Under the pieces are notes generated by a model. It was not told the origin of the DNA. It was given only the letters and a program-made list of their open reading frames with translations, and made no database searches. Below, one piece after another: positions 9,365-16,398 of a stretch of 39,869 bases of DNA (positions are counted from its first letter, which is position 1; every line of letters begins with the position of its first letter). The DNA is from Candidatus Nomurabacteria bacterium RIFCSPHIGHO2_01_FULL_36_23. GTDB lineage: Bacteria; Patescibacteriota; Minisyncoccia; Phycocordibacterales; UBA9973. Both the position numbers and the translations under genes were made by a program. The stretch is taken from assembly GCA_001786745.1 (NCBI GenBank), contig MFTF01000008.1, forward strand, positions 1 through 39,869. Direction: 5' to 3'.

Positions 9365-9442
9365 CCCATTATAAATTTTAATTAATAATTTTTATTTACT
9401 ATACCCCCCGTTTGCTGAATTTATAACGGGAAAAGTATATTT

Positions 9443-9784
9443 CTAAAATTTAAGACCTGTGGCTCGCGCCTCATCCGCAACTGATTTTATTCGTCCGGTG
9501 TATTTAAATCCATTTCGATCAAAAACAACTTTATTAATTTTTGCCTTTAAACAAGCTTCGCCAATCAAGTGACCTACTTCTTTAGCTCTTTTCGTCTTTG
9601 TACTTTTGATTATTTTCAGGTCGCTGGCTTGCACTAAAGTTTTTCCCGTTATGTCATTAATTACTTGCGCATAAATAAATTTATTTGAACGAAAAACAGT
9701 AAGACGCGGACGCGTTTCAGTGCCTTTAACCTTTACTTTAATTTTTTTCTTCAATCTTATTCTTTTGTCTATTTTTTTAATCAT
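9443..9784 (-). CDS. rplR: 50S ribosomal protein L18
   Basis: RPRLTVFRSNKFIYAQVI...VVFDRNGFKYTGRIKSVADEAR. Confidence 0.95.
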   Translation of the reverse strand: MIKKIDKRIRLKKKIKVKVKGTETRPRLTVFRSNKFIYAQVINDITGKTLVQASDLKIIKSTKTKRAKEVGHLIGEACLKAKINKVVFDRNGFKYTGRIKSVADEARATGLKF

Positions 9785-9837
9785 TGTTTTGTGATAGAGT
9801 TTTAGCCTCTTTATAGAGTCTAAACCTCTATCTCCTT

Positions 9838-10389
9838 TTATACTGTCTTCTTTCCTTGTTTGCGTCTAATAACTTCTTTTTCATAACGCATCCCCTTGCC
9901 CTTGTAGGGCTCTGGTTTTTTTAATGCGCGCAGGCCGGCTGTAAAGCTTCCGACTAATTCTTTATCAACTCCAGTAATTGTAATATTGTTTTTCTCGGCC
10001 GTAGCGATGATTCCATCTGGAATAGGTACAATTACGGGATGAGAAAACCCTAAAATAAAATGAAATTCTTTACCTCCGCCTGCGTGAGTAGGCTTTATCT
10101 CAAATTTAAATCCTACCCCCTCTAGAATAAGTTTTTTCTGATATGGTGTAACAACACCCTTAATCATATTTTTTATATGTGAAGCATAAGTGCCCCAAAG
10201 AGATTTTGAAAATTTATCATTTCTCTTTACATTAAGAGTTACTATTTTGTCTGTGACGGTAATAATAATATCATCTCTGAAATTTTTAGTAACTGTTCCT
10301 TTTGGACCTACAACTGTCAAAACAGCGCCAACTTGACTGACCTTAACTCCCGTCGGTATTATTATTTCTTGTTTACTTATTCTACTCAT
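9838..10389 (-). CDS. rplF: 50S ribosomal protein L6
   Basis: MSRISKQEIIIPTGVKV...GKGMRY. The track start at 10446 reads through the palindromic repeat, so ATG 10389 is preferred. Confidence 0.93.
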   Translation of the reverse strand: MSRISKQEIIIPTGVKVSQVGAVLTVVGPKGTVTKNFRDDIIITVTDKIVTLNVKRNDKFSKSLWGTYASHIKNMIKGVVTPYQKKLILEGVGFKFEIKPTHAGGGKEFHFILGFSHPVIVPIPDGIIATAEKNNITITGVDKELVGSFTAGLRALKKPEPYKGKGMRYEKEVIRRKQGKKTV

Positions 10390-10397
10390 ATAATTTT

Positions 10398-10438
10398 TCA
10401 GGTGTTGGACACCCGTAAAACAGGTGTCCAACACCTGA
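10398..10438. repeat. family-A palindromic element, copy A1 (rpsH/rplF spacer)
   Basis: TCAGGTGTTGGACACC (10398-10413) pairs with GGTGTCCAACACCTGA (10423-10438) around a 9-nt loop. The element begins 1 nt after the rpsH stop and ends 8 nt before the rplF ATG. Confidence 0.9.
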
Positions 10439-10439
10439 A

Positions 10440-10856
10440 CTACCAAATTCTAAATAATGCTTCGCCCCCGACTTGTTCTTTTCGCGCTTCTTTGCCTGAT
10501 AAAATTCCTTTGGGTGTTGAAAGCACAAGAAGCCCCGATCCGTTTCTAACCGAATGAATATCTTTCATTCTAAAATAAACACGACGAGACTGTTTTGAGA
10601 TTCTCTCTACCTCTGTAATTTTTGGCTTTTTATCCATATAAATCAATCCGACCTCAAGTATTGGCTGATTTTTTTTTTCGCCCGAGGCGGATTCGCCTTT
10701 GGCGGAAATTTTTTTTGAAATAGAACCCACATATCCTTCTTTTTTCAAACATTCCGCAATGGCATTTTTTATTTTAGAATACGGAAAAAATACAGCTTCT
10801 TTACCAGCCAAGCTTCCATTCTTCATTATTATTATCATGTTTGAAATTGAATCCAT
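10440..10856 (-). CDS. rpsH: 30S ribosomal protein S8
   Basis: MDSISNMIIIMKNG...GGEALFRIW. ATG 10856 is preferred over track start 10895, which lies inside the repeat. Confidence 0.9.
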   Translation of the reverse strand: MDSISNMIIIMKNGSLAGKEAVFFPYSKIKNAIAECLKKEGYVGSISKKISAKGESASGEKKNQPILEVGLIYMDKKPKITEVERISKQSRRVYFRMKDIHSVRNGSGLLVLSTPKGILSGKEARKEQVGGEALFRIW

Positions 10857-10863
10857 AATATTT

Positions 10864-10896
10864 CGGGTGTTGGACACCCGACAGATGTCCAACACC
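10864..10896. repeat. family-A palindromic element, copy A2 (rpsN/rpsH spacer; distal unit degenerate)
   Basis: CGGGTGTTGGACACCCG (10864-10880) plus GATGTCCAACACC (10884-10896). The rpsN stop codon (10896-10898) overlaps the last base of the element. Confidence 0.85.
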
Positions 10897-11081
10897 TACC
10901 AACTTGACTTGCGAACACCTGGGAGCATCCCCTCATTCGCCAATTCTCGAAAACAGATACGACACAAACCAAAATCCCTTATAAAAGCATTACCTCGACC
11001 ACAGCGAAAACATCGGTTTTTTTGCCGAGTGCTAAACTTCGGTTTCTTTTTACTTCTTGCGACAACTGATGTTTTTGCCAT
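10896..11081 (-). CDS. rpsN: 30S ribosomal protein S14, zinc-binding type Z
   Basis: 61 aa with [20 protein letters not shown] (CxxC...CxxC). Confidence 0.9.
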   Translation of the reverse strand: MAKTSVVARSKKKPKFSTRQKNRCFRCGRGNAFIRDFGLCRICFRELANEGMLPGVRKSSW

Positions 11082-11187
11082 AATTAAAATCGCCTATTTG
11101 TATAGATGATATCGTGTATCTTTTCTTAAAACTTTATTAAATAAGCCTTAAGGAGAAATACAGATCAACCTATTTTTAGACTTTTTT

Positions 11188-11216
11188 ATAATAGCAAATT
11201 TAAGAAAAATAGTCAA
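11188..11216 (-). promoter_or_regulatory. sigma70-like promoter TTGACT-17-TATTAT upstream of rpsN
   Basis: Minus strand reads TTGACT atttttcttaaatttgc TATTAT, about 105 nt before the rpsN ATG. It shares TTGACTATTT with the copies at 18343-18352 and 37337-37346. Confidence 0.45.
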
Positions 11217-11230
11217 TAAAAATCCCCGAT

Positions 11231-11273
11231 AGCAAGGACAGTCCAGAGAGAAGTAGTAAGGACTGTCTTTGCT
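11231..11273. repeat. 14-bp inverted repeat downstream of the pilin gene
   Basis: AGCAAGGACAGTCC (11231-11244) pairs with GGACTGTCTTTGCT (11260-11273) with one G:T position and a 15-nt loop. Confidence 0.6.
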
Positions 11274-11305
11274 ACATGTTGCTACATGCTACACTTCTTG
11301 CTACA
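11270..11305. repeat. four direct TGCTACA heptamers (TGTAGCA on the minus strand)
   Basis: Copies at 11270-76, 11280-86, 11287-93 and 11299-11305, just 3' of the pilin stop codon. Confidence 0.7.
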
Positions 11306-11335
11306 CTTTTCTATTACTTTTCTGGAGTCGTAAAA

Positions 11336-11839
11336 TTAATATACTCCTAAATCCCTCACATATCGGAGACTATCATTCCAACAATCTAGATATCGTGTAT
11401 AAGAACCCCCAGGAGCTTCTAGCTCGGTAAATAGTAGATAATGACCATTGAGACTGCAAGTTGCATATTGACCATAATTTACGCCACTAGTTCTGCCTGC
11501 AATATACCAATGGCCGTTGTAAACACTAGTATTTAGAGGATCTATGGGCATACTGGATATATAATTGTTAGTAATAAGATCGGATGAAAATTGTGGGGTC
11601 CAAGGTACCCCGTTATAGGTATTACCGTCACTAGGAAAAATCCCCTTATCAGTGTAATAAGATAAAATTGCTACTTCCAGGGTGTGTAGATCTGATTTTC
11701 TTCTTGCATCCCGTGCTTTAGCTCTAGCCGACCCTAAAGAAGCAAAAACGACAGACGAAAGCAAACTAATGATAGCAACTACTACAAGTAGTTCTATGAG
11801 GGTAAAACCTTTTTTAAATACATTCTTTTTTGTTTGCAT
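11336..11839 (-). CDS. type IV pilin/pseudopilin-like protein (prepilin N-terminal methylation motif)
   Basis: MQTKKNVFKKGFTLIELLVVVAIISLLSSVVFASL. ATG 11839 is preferred over track start 11941. Confidence 0.8.
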   Translation of the reverse strand: MQTKKNVFKKGFTLIELLVVVAIISLLSSVVFASLGSARAKARDARRKSDLHTLEVAILSYYTDKGIFPSDGNTYNGVPWTPQFSSDLITNNYISSMPIDPLNTSVYNGHWYIAGRTSGVNYGQYATCSLNGHYLLFTELEAPGGSYTRYLDCWNDSLRYVRDLGVY

Positions 11840-11846
11840 GTAATTT

Positions 11847-12134
11847 TTACTGTATAAACTGTGATTGATCAATATTAATCGGTATTGGTGTTGTTTTTTT
11901 TGTTCCCCCAAAAAACAAATAAGCTGAAATAAGGAAAGCAATTACAGCAAAAGCCAGAAGAAAATATTCCGCTTGTCTTTCATCTTTAATCACTCCGCCA
12001 GAATACTTTGTTACCCATCCCACGATTTTTGGAGTGGCTGTTTCGCGATAATACTTCACCGCTTTCCAACTGTTAGTGTCAGTTTCGGTGTCAGTGTCAA
12101 ATTTTACGTCTGATGCTTTATTGTTTTGATCCAT
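11847..12134 (-). CDS. small single-pass membrane protein, unknown function
   Basis: 95 aa with an acidic N-terminus and one TM helix (YFLLAFAVIAFLISAYLFF). Lies 7 nt upstream of the pilin gene. Confidence 0.5.
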   Translation of the reverse strand: MDQNNKASDVKFDTDTETDTNSWKAVKYYRETATPKIVGWVTKYSGGVIKDERQAEYFLLAFAVIAFLISAYLFFGGTKKTTPIPINIDQSQFIQ

Positions 12135-12145
12135 AGATAGTATAT

Positions 12146-12173
12146 ATTATATATCAACCTTAAAAAATTGCAA
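12146..12173 (-). promoter_or_regulatory. sigma70-like promoter TTGCAA-16-TATAAT for the membrane-protein/pilin pair
   Basis: Minus strand reads TTGCAA ttttttaaggttgata TATAAT, then 11 nt to ATG 12134. Confidence 0.5.
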
Positions 12174-12244
12174 AAAGTTATCAACACATGAAGTTATCCA
12201 TAAAAACAAAAGCTTTTATTTTTTCTTCTCCCCGCCGGCAAAAG

Positions 12245-12841
12245 CTATGCTTTGGCATTGCGGACAGGTTCTTCCTTTTTGAAAGGAATACCCAATAACT
12301 TAAAGAAGGCACTGCCTTCTTTTTTGTTCTTAGCGCTGGAAACGAGGGTAATAGACATGCCAAAAACATCTCGAATGTCTTCGTCGGCTGTTTCTGGAAA
12401 AATAGTATGCTCTTTTATGCCGATAGTTAGATTGCCCATATTATCCACTGCCTTACGAGCAATACCACGAAAATCCTTTGTACGAGGAAGAGCAACATTT
12501 ATAAGCTTCTCTAAAAAAGCATACATTCGGTTGCCTCGCAAGGTAACAACAATCCCGATCGGATCACCTTGACGAATTTTGAAGGAAGCGATTGATTGCT
12601 TGGCACCCCTTAAAGCTGATTTTTGTCCGGTAATTTTTGCTAAACGATCTCCGATAACATCATTTTTATTCTTATCTTTCTTAATAGCAGTACCAGTGCC
12701 TACATTGATCACAATTTTCTGCATCCTAGGCGTAGCCATAGTATTTTTATAATTGAAAACACTTTTCATTTTCTCAAATGCTTCCATTTCTTTTTCTTTT
12801 ACAGTTAAATGTTTCGTCATATGTTTTATTTGCATATTCAA
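12245..12841 (-). CDS. rplE: 50S ribosomal protein L5
   Basis: PRMQKIVINVGTG...SFKIRQGDPIGIVVTLRG. The start is ambiguous (12841, 12835 or 12820) and overlaps the rplX stop. Confidence 0.95.
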   Translation of the reverse strand: MNMQIKHMTKHLTVKEKEMEAFEKMKSVFNYKNTMATPRMQKIVINVGTGTAIKKDKNKNDVIGDRLAKITGQKSALRGAKQSIASFKIRQGDPIGIVVTLRGNRMYAFLEKLINVALPRTKDFRGIARKAVDNMGNLTIGIKEHTIFPETADEDIRDVFGMSITLVSSAKNKKEGSAFFKLLGIPFKKEEPVRNAKA

Positions 12842-13056
12842 TCTATTTTCTTAACATTTGAAGCATGTATCGGCATTGCAATATTTATCATTGATCCCTT
12901 TTCTCCGGACTTTCTGGGACGCTGGTGTTTTTTCATCATATTCAATCCCTCTAAAATTACTTTATTTTCACTAACCAAAACACGGATAATTTTACCCTTT
13001 TTGCCTTTATCTTTGCCTGTTATTATGATCACATTGTCTCCTTTTTTTATGTGCAT
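12838..13056 (-). CDS. rplX: 50S ribosomal protein L24 (short)
   Basis: MHIKKGDNVIIITGKDKGKKGKIIRV, a KOW motif. Confidence 0.9.
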   Translation of the reverse strand: MHIKKGDNVIIITGKDKGKKGKIIRVLVSENKVILEGLNMMKKHQRPRKSGEKGSMINIAMPIHASNVKKID

Positions 13057-13068
13057 TGTATGTATTCC

Positions 13069-13103
13069 AGGTGTTGGACACCTGTTTCAGGTGTCCAACA
13101 CCT
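13069..13103. repeat. family-A palindromic element, copy A3 (rplN/rplX spacer)
   Basis: AGGTGTTGGACACCTG - ttt - CAGGTGTCCAACACCT, with 16-bp perfect arms. Confidence 0.9.
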
Positions 13104-13112
13104 TATATTAAC

Positions 13113-13484
13113 TTAAATCACCTCTTGCGCCAAGGAAATTATTTTCTGAAAACCTTTCTCGGCGAGCTCTCTCGGAATTGGTCCAAAAACACGTCCAGCT
13201 TTTGGATCAAGTTTGTCTTTTTCTAAAATAACCACGGCATTATCATCAAAACGAATATAAGATCCGTCTTTCCTTCTGTAGGCACTTCTAGTACGCACGA
13301 CAACAGCTTGATGTATATCCTTCTTTTTAACGCCTTTTCTGGGACTCGCGACTTTTACTGAAATAACTACCAACTCACCGAGAGTCGCATATCTCTTCTT
13401 GGAACTCCCTAAAATCTTAAACACCTTTCCTAGGGTGCCTCCAGCATTGTCTGTTATTTTTACCAATGTTTCATTTTGTATCAT
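13113..13484 (-). CDS. rplN: 50S ribosomal protein L14
   Basis: MIQNETLVKITDNAGG...AVVVRT...IRFDDNAVV. Confidence 0.97.
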   Translation of the reverse strand: MIQNETLVKITDNAGGTLGKVFKILGSSKKRYATLGELVVISVKVASPRKGVKKKDIHQAVVVRTRSAYRRKDGSYIRFDDNAVVILEKDKLDPKAGRVFGPIPRELAEKGFQKIISLAQEVI

Positions 13485-13488
13485 AAAA

Positions 13489-13746
13489 TTAAATTACTTT
13501 AAATCTCTTATCTTTTGAAATCGGTTTTGTTTCCATTATTTTTACCATATCTCCTGTTTTGTGTTTATTTTCCTCATCATGCGCTTTGTATTTCTTATTA
13601 ACTTTATAAAATTTTCCATATAAAGGATGTTTAATAAATCTGGAAACGGAAACAACAACGGTCTTATCCATTTTATCTGAAACAACCATTCCCCTTAAGA
13701 TGTTTCCTTTATTTTCTATATTGTTTTGTTTTACTTTTATTTTCAT
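13489..13746 (-). CDS. rpsQ: 30S ribosomal protein S17
   Basis: [27 protein letters not shown]...YKAHDE. Confidence 0.9.
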   Translation of the reverse strand: MKIKVKQNNIENKGNILRGMVVSDKMDKTVVVSVSRFIKHPLYGKFYKVNKKYKAHDEENKHKTGDMVKIMETKPISKDKRFKVI

Positions 13747-13791
13747 TATATTTACTTTATGAACTTTATAACCCTGCCGGCAGACAGGTTT

Positions 13792-13983
13792 CTACTTTTT
13801 ATGGTTTATTTCTGTCAATATTCTAGCTATTTGTTTTTTAAAATTTCCCAATTCTTTTACATTTTTCGACTTTGACCCTTCGGATTTAAATCTTATAACT
13901 CTTATTTTCTCCTGTAAAACAGCAAGCTCTTTCTTAAGCTCGTTTATTTTTATTTCTTTTAAATTTTCTTTTTTCTTTGTCAT
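13792..13983 (-). CDS. rpmC: 50S ribosomal protein L29
   Basis: 63 aa, LKELKINELKKELAVLQEKI, between rplP and rpsQ. Confidence 0.85.
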   Translation of the reverse strand: MTKKKENLKEIKINELKKELAVLQEKIRVIRFKSEGSKSKNVKELGNFKKQIARILTEINHKK

Positions 13984-13990
13984 ACTTATT

Positions 13991-14009
13991 TCGGGTGTTG
14001 GACACCCGA
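13991..14009. repeat. family-A element, single unit, copy A4 (rplP/rpmC spacer)
   Basis: TCGGGTGT-TGG-ACACCCGA. On the mRNA strand the unit plus the spacer to the ATG nearly matches the proximal half of A2. Confidence 0.85.
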
Positions 14010-14020
14010 CGGATTTAATT

Positions 14021-14449
14021 TTACTGTTTGTGAACTCTAGAAATAATTCTAGCTTTAATCGGCAGTTTAGTGCCGGCTTTTCTTAATGCTTCATGGGCAA
14101 TTTTTTCCTCTACCCCATCCACTTCAAAAATAATACGCCCGGGCAAAACATCAAAACAATATCCCTGTGGGTCTCCTTTTCCTTTTCCCATACCCATTTC
14201 TGCGGCCTTGGAAGTATAGGGGCGATCCGGGAAAATTCGAATCCAATATTTGCCGACCTTAGTCAGCGTTCGAGATATTACTTTTCTGGCGGCTTCAAGC
14301 TGGATGGATTTCACGCGCGCTTGCGTCTCTGATTTTAGACCAAAAGAACCAAAAGCCAGCTTACTTCCCCTCGTGTCCGACGTTATTGTCTTCGGATTCG
14401 AGCGCATGGTCTGCCATTTTCTAAATTTTACTTTTTTGGGTAATAACAT
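14021..14449 (-). CDS. rplP: 50S ribosomal protein L16
   Basis: MLLPKKVKFRKWQ...MGKGKGDPQGY. Confidence 0.95.
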   Translation of the reverse strand: MLLPKKVKFRKWQTMRSNPKTITSDTRGSKLAFGSFGLKSETQARVKSIQLEAARKVISRTLTKVGKYWIRIFPDRPYTSKAAEMGMGKGKGDPQGYCFDVLPGRIIFEVDGVEEKIAHEALRKAGTKLPIKARIISRVHKQ

Positions 14450-14493
14450 GGCTAATTTTTAATGAGCGAAGCGATTATAAAAATCGCCACCCC
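14450..14493 (-). promoter_or_regulatory. motif C copy 1: conserved 44-nt block with a 6-bp hairpin immediately upstream of rplP
   Basis: Minus strand reads GGGGTG GCGATT-TTTAT-AATCGC TTCGCTCATTAAAAATTAGCC ATG. It aligns without gaps to 37150-37193, matching at 32 of 44 positions. Confidence 0.6.
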
Positions 14494-14593
14494 GCCCCAC
14501 TTTATTAATTACTTTTATATTAACATTATTCATAATTTTTTTAATTTATTTTCCTTTACCACTATAAACTAATCAATAAAGTGGGGCTGGGGT
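14489..14593. repeat. MITE-like unit: ~22-bp terminal inverted repeats flanking a 60-nt AT-rich core (rpsC/rplP spacer)
   Basis: ACCCCGCCCCACTTTATTAATT (14489-14510) pairs with AATCAATAAAGTGGGGCTGGGGT (14571-14593), with one bulge and one mismatch. Confidence 0.6.
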
Positions 14594-14607
14594 TTCAAAA
14601 AACATAG

Positions 14608-15279
14608 TCACTTCGTTCCTTGTTTTTGTGAAAAAATTTTACCGCGGTAAATCCAAACTTTTATACCCACAACGCCATATGATAGTGTGGCTCGCTCACG
14701 CTTAAAATCTATGTCCGCGCGAAAAGTCTGAAGCGGAATAGAGCCCCGTTTGAGTTCTTCTGTGCGAGCAATATCGGCCCCGCCCAACCTGCCCGAGAGA
14801 ACTATTCTGGCGCCTTCTACTTCGCGCGCTGTCATAACTTTTTCAATAATTGTTTTGATAACTCGACGGTAGGGCATTCTTTTCTCTAATCCTTCGGCAA
14901 TCATATATGCCACAATCGCGGCATCAGCTTCTGGGTTTGAAACTTCAATAATTTCAAGTTTAAAATCTTCTGGCTTTACAAGTTTCAATTTATCCATTTT
15001 CTTTAAAATATCTTCCTTAAGCTTAGTGGCGCCTTCACCATTTCGACCAATGATAAGCCCCGGTCGAGAAGTTCTAATGATAAATCTAGTGGCTTTTCTA
15101 CTTCTTTCAATTTCAATTGTAGATATATACATACCTCGTAATTTCTTTTCCAAATATTGACGTATGAGAACATCCCCTTTTAAGTAAGAAATATATTTCT
15201 TCGGGTCAGCAAACCAACGAGATTTCCAGTCTCTTAATATAATCAATCTATGGGCATATGGGTGAACTATTTTACTCAT
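14608..15279 (-). CDS. rpsC: 30S ribosomal protein S3
   Basis: MSKIVHPYAHRL...GRLGGADIARTE. 15291 is an alternative start. Confidence 0.95.
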   Translation of the reverse strand: MSKIVHPYAHRLIILRDWKSRWFADPKKYISYLKGDVLIRQYLEKKLRGMYISTIEIERSRKATRFIIRTSRPGLIIGRNGEGATKLKEDILKKMDKLKLVKPEDFKLEIIEVSNPEADAAIVAYMIAEGLEKRMPYRRVIKTIIEKVMTAREVEGARIVLSGRLGGADIARTEELKRGSIPLQTFRADIDFKRERATLSYGVVGIKVWIYRGKIFSQKQGTK

Positions 15280-15280
15280 G

Positions 15281-15649
15281 TTACTTTTCAAGAACGGTTC
15301 TTTTATTACTTTTCTTTACTGCCATTACCTTTTCTCCTAATACTAAATTTAAATGGCTTGTGCGTTTATTTATCCTGTGCCCCGTGCCCATAGCCGCTGG
15401 CATCATTCTTTTCATGGTTATGCCTTTATCCACTCGCAATTCTTTTATAAATAAATTTTCTTTTTCTATTCCCGTTTGTTTCGCATTAGCAACCGCTGAA
15501 AGTAAAAGCTTCTTAATCGGAAAACCGGCGCGCTTCGCCAAAAAATCAAGCTCGGCAATGGCTTCTTCCACATTTTTCCCCCTAATTAATCCAGCCACTA
15601 AACGAACTTTTCTGGGAGACTGTCTGTAATTTTTTAAAAATGCTCGCAT
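15281..15649 (-). CDS. rplV: 50S ribosomal protein L22
   Basis: MRAFLKNYRQSPRKVRLVAGLIRG. ATG 15649 is preferred; track start 15697 lies inside the repeat. Confidence 0.9.
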   Translation of the reverse strand: MRAFLKNYRQSPRKVRLVAGLIRGKNVEEAIAELDFLAKRAGFPIKKLLLSAVANAKQTGIEKENLFIKELRVDKGITMKRMMPAAMGTGHRINKRTSHLNLVLGEKVMAVKKSNKRTVLEK

Positions 15650-15664
15650 TGTTTTATTTATTTC

Positions 15665-15699
15665 AGGTGTTGGACACCTGAAACAGGTGTCCAACACCT
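15665..15699. repeat. family-A palindromic element, copy A5 (rpsS/rplV spacer)
   Basis: AGGTGTTGGACACCTG - aaa - CAGGTGTCCAACACCT. This is the exact reverse complement of the A3 core, yet it has the same 3' flank (TATATTA). Confidence 0.9.
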
Positions 15700-15709
15700 T
15701 ATATTATAA

Positions 15710-16060
15710 TTATTTAGTCTTTTTTGCATCAGCTGTGACCTCGGTCGCGGATTTGGCTTGAATTATTTCAGCTTCTTTTTTCTTTTGTTCCAGTTCTTTC
15801 TGCATTTTTCCACCATGTTTTGTAAATTTTCTAGTCGAAGAAAATTCCCCCAATCTATGCCCGACCATGTCTTCAGTAATTAAAACTTCTATATGAGTTT
15901 TGCCATTATGAACGGCAAAAGTAAAGCCCAGCATTTCAGGAGATATAACACAAGCTCTTTTCCAGGTCTTGATAACTGGGGTTTGTAACGGATTTTTACC
16001 AGCAATCTTTTTGAGTAGCTTTTCATCCACATATATGCCTTTTTTGATTGATCGAGTCAT
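15710..16060 (-). CDS. rpsS: 30S ribosomal protein S19 with a Lys/Glu-rich C-terminal extension
   Basis: MTRSIKKGIYVDEKLLKKI...HNGKTHIEVLITEDMVGHRLGEF. Confidence 0.95.
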   Translation of the reverse strand: MTRSIKKGIYVDEKLLKKIAGKNPLQTPVIKTWKRACVISPEMLGFTFAVHNGKTHIEVLITEDMVGHRLGEFSSTRKFTKHGGKMQKELEQKKKEAEIIQAKSATEVTADAKKTK

Positions 16061-16110
16061 ATGTGATTTTCCTGTACAAACAAAACGGCTCTCATTTGAG
16101 CCTTAAAATT

Positions 16111-16138
16111 ATAGTAGCAAATTAAGGAATAATGTCAA
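16111..16138 (-). promoter_or_regulatory. sigma70-like promoter TTGACA-16-TACTAT (or -19-TATAAT) upstream of rpsS
   Basis: Minus strand reads TTGACA ttattccttaatttgc TACTATAAT. It resembles the rpsN promoter (CTTAA(A)TTTGCTAYTATAA). Confidence 0.45.
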
Positions 16139-16202
16139 TTGTTGTTACATTAAGTAAGAATAGCGATGGGGCACCCGATATTACTCAGAGTGCCCCACTC
16201 AA

Positions 16203-16328
16203 TCATCGCCCGTTTTTCTTCTTTGGTTGCCACCTTTTTCTGGGTGGCCTTTTTTTCCCATCCCTGAAAAGCCACCTCGCTCTCACGTATGTGGGAGCCC
16301 CCAAAAAAGCTTTTGACGCCCTAGACAT
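16203..16328 (-). CDS. candidate sORF: 41-aa highly basic peptide in the rplB-rpsS spacer
   Basis: AAAGGAGGA lies 10 nt upstream of ATG 16328. Translation: MSRASKAFLGAPTYVRARWLFRDGKKRPPRKRWQPKKKNGR*. Too short for the ORF track, and no homology recognised. Confidence 0.25.
   Translation of the reverse strand: MSRASKAFLGAPTYVRARWLFRDGKKRPPRKRWQPKKKNGR
16229..16256 (+). terminator. intrinsic-terminator-like hairpin plus T7 run on the plus strand, antisense to the sORF
   Basis: GCCACC-tttttctg-GGTGGC followed by CTTTTTTT. No convincing plus-strand promoter upstream. Confidence 0.3.
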
Positions 16329-16398
16329 AGGGATTTGTCCTCCTTTTCATAATATTTATAACATTTCAACAAAATAAATCAAGTAAAAATGTGGGTAG

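Noticed and set aside
8631-9374. 247-aa plus-strand ORF, and the many other 60-150-aa ORFs antisense to r-protein, EF-G, EF-Tu, SecY, ATPase and murB genes
   Set aside because: They lie entirely opposite strongly recognisable conserved genes. Their low-complexity translations show no family resemblance, so they are shadow ORFs.
10390-10446. N-terminal extensions in track ORFs for rplF (also rpsH 10857-10895, rplV 15650-15697 and rplW 17560-17613), beginning MLDT.../MVVQVLDT...
   Set aside because: The extensions come from a GTG inside the GGTGTTGGACACC repeat. Internal ATGs give N-termini that match the canonical r-protein starts.
12181-12369. 62-aa minus-strand ORF overlapping the rplE 3' end (also 31280-31519, 24140-24352 and 17928-18125, which sit inside other genes)
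   Set aside because: These are out-of-frame overlaps with confidently identified genes and have no independent support.
16132-16377. 81-aa plus-strand ORF in the rplB-rpsS spacer
   Set aside because: It has no start context or recognisable family, and it runs through hairpins and a T7 run. The minus-strand sORF with a Shine-Dalgarno is the better, though still weak, coding candidate.
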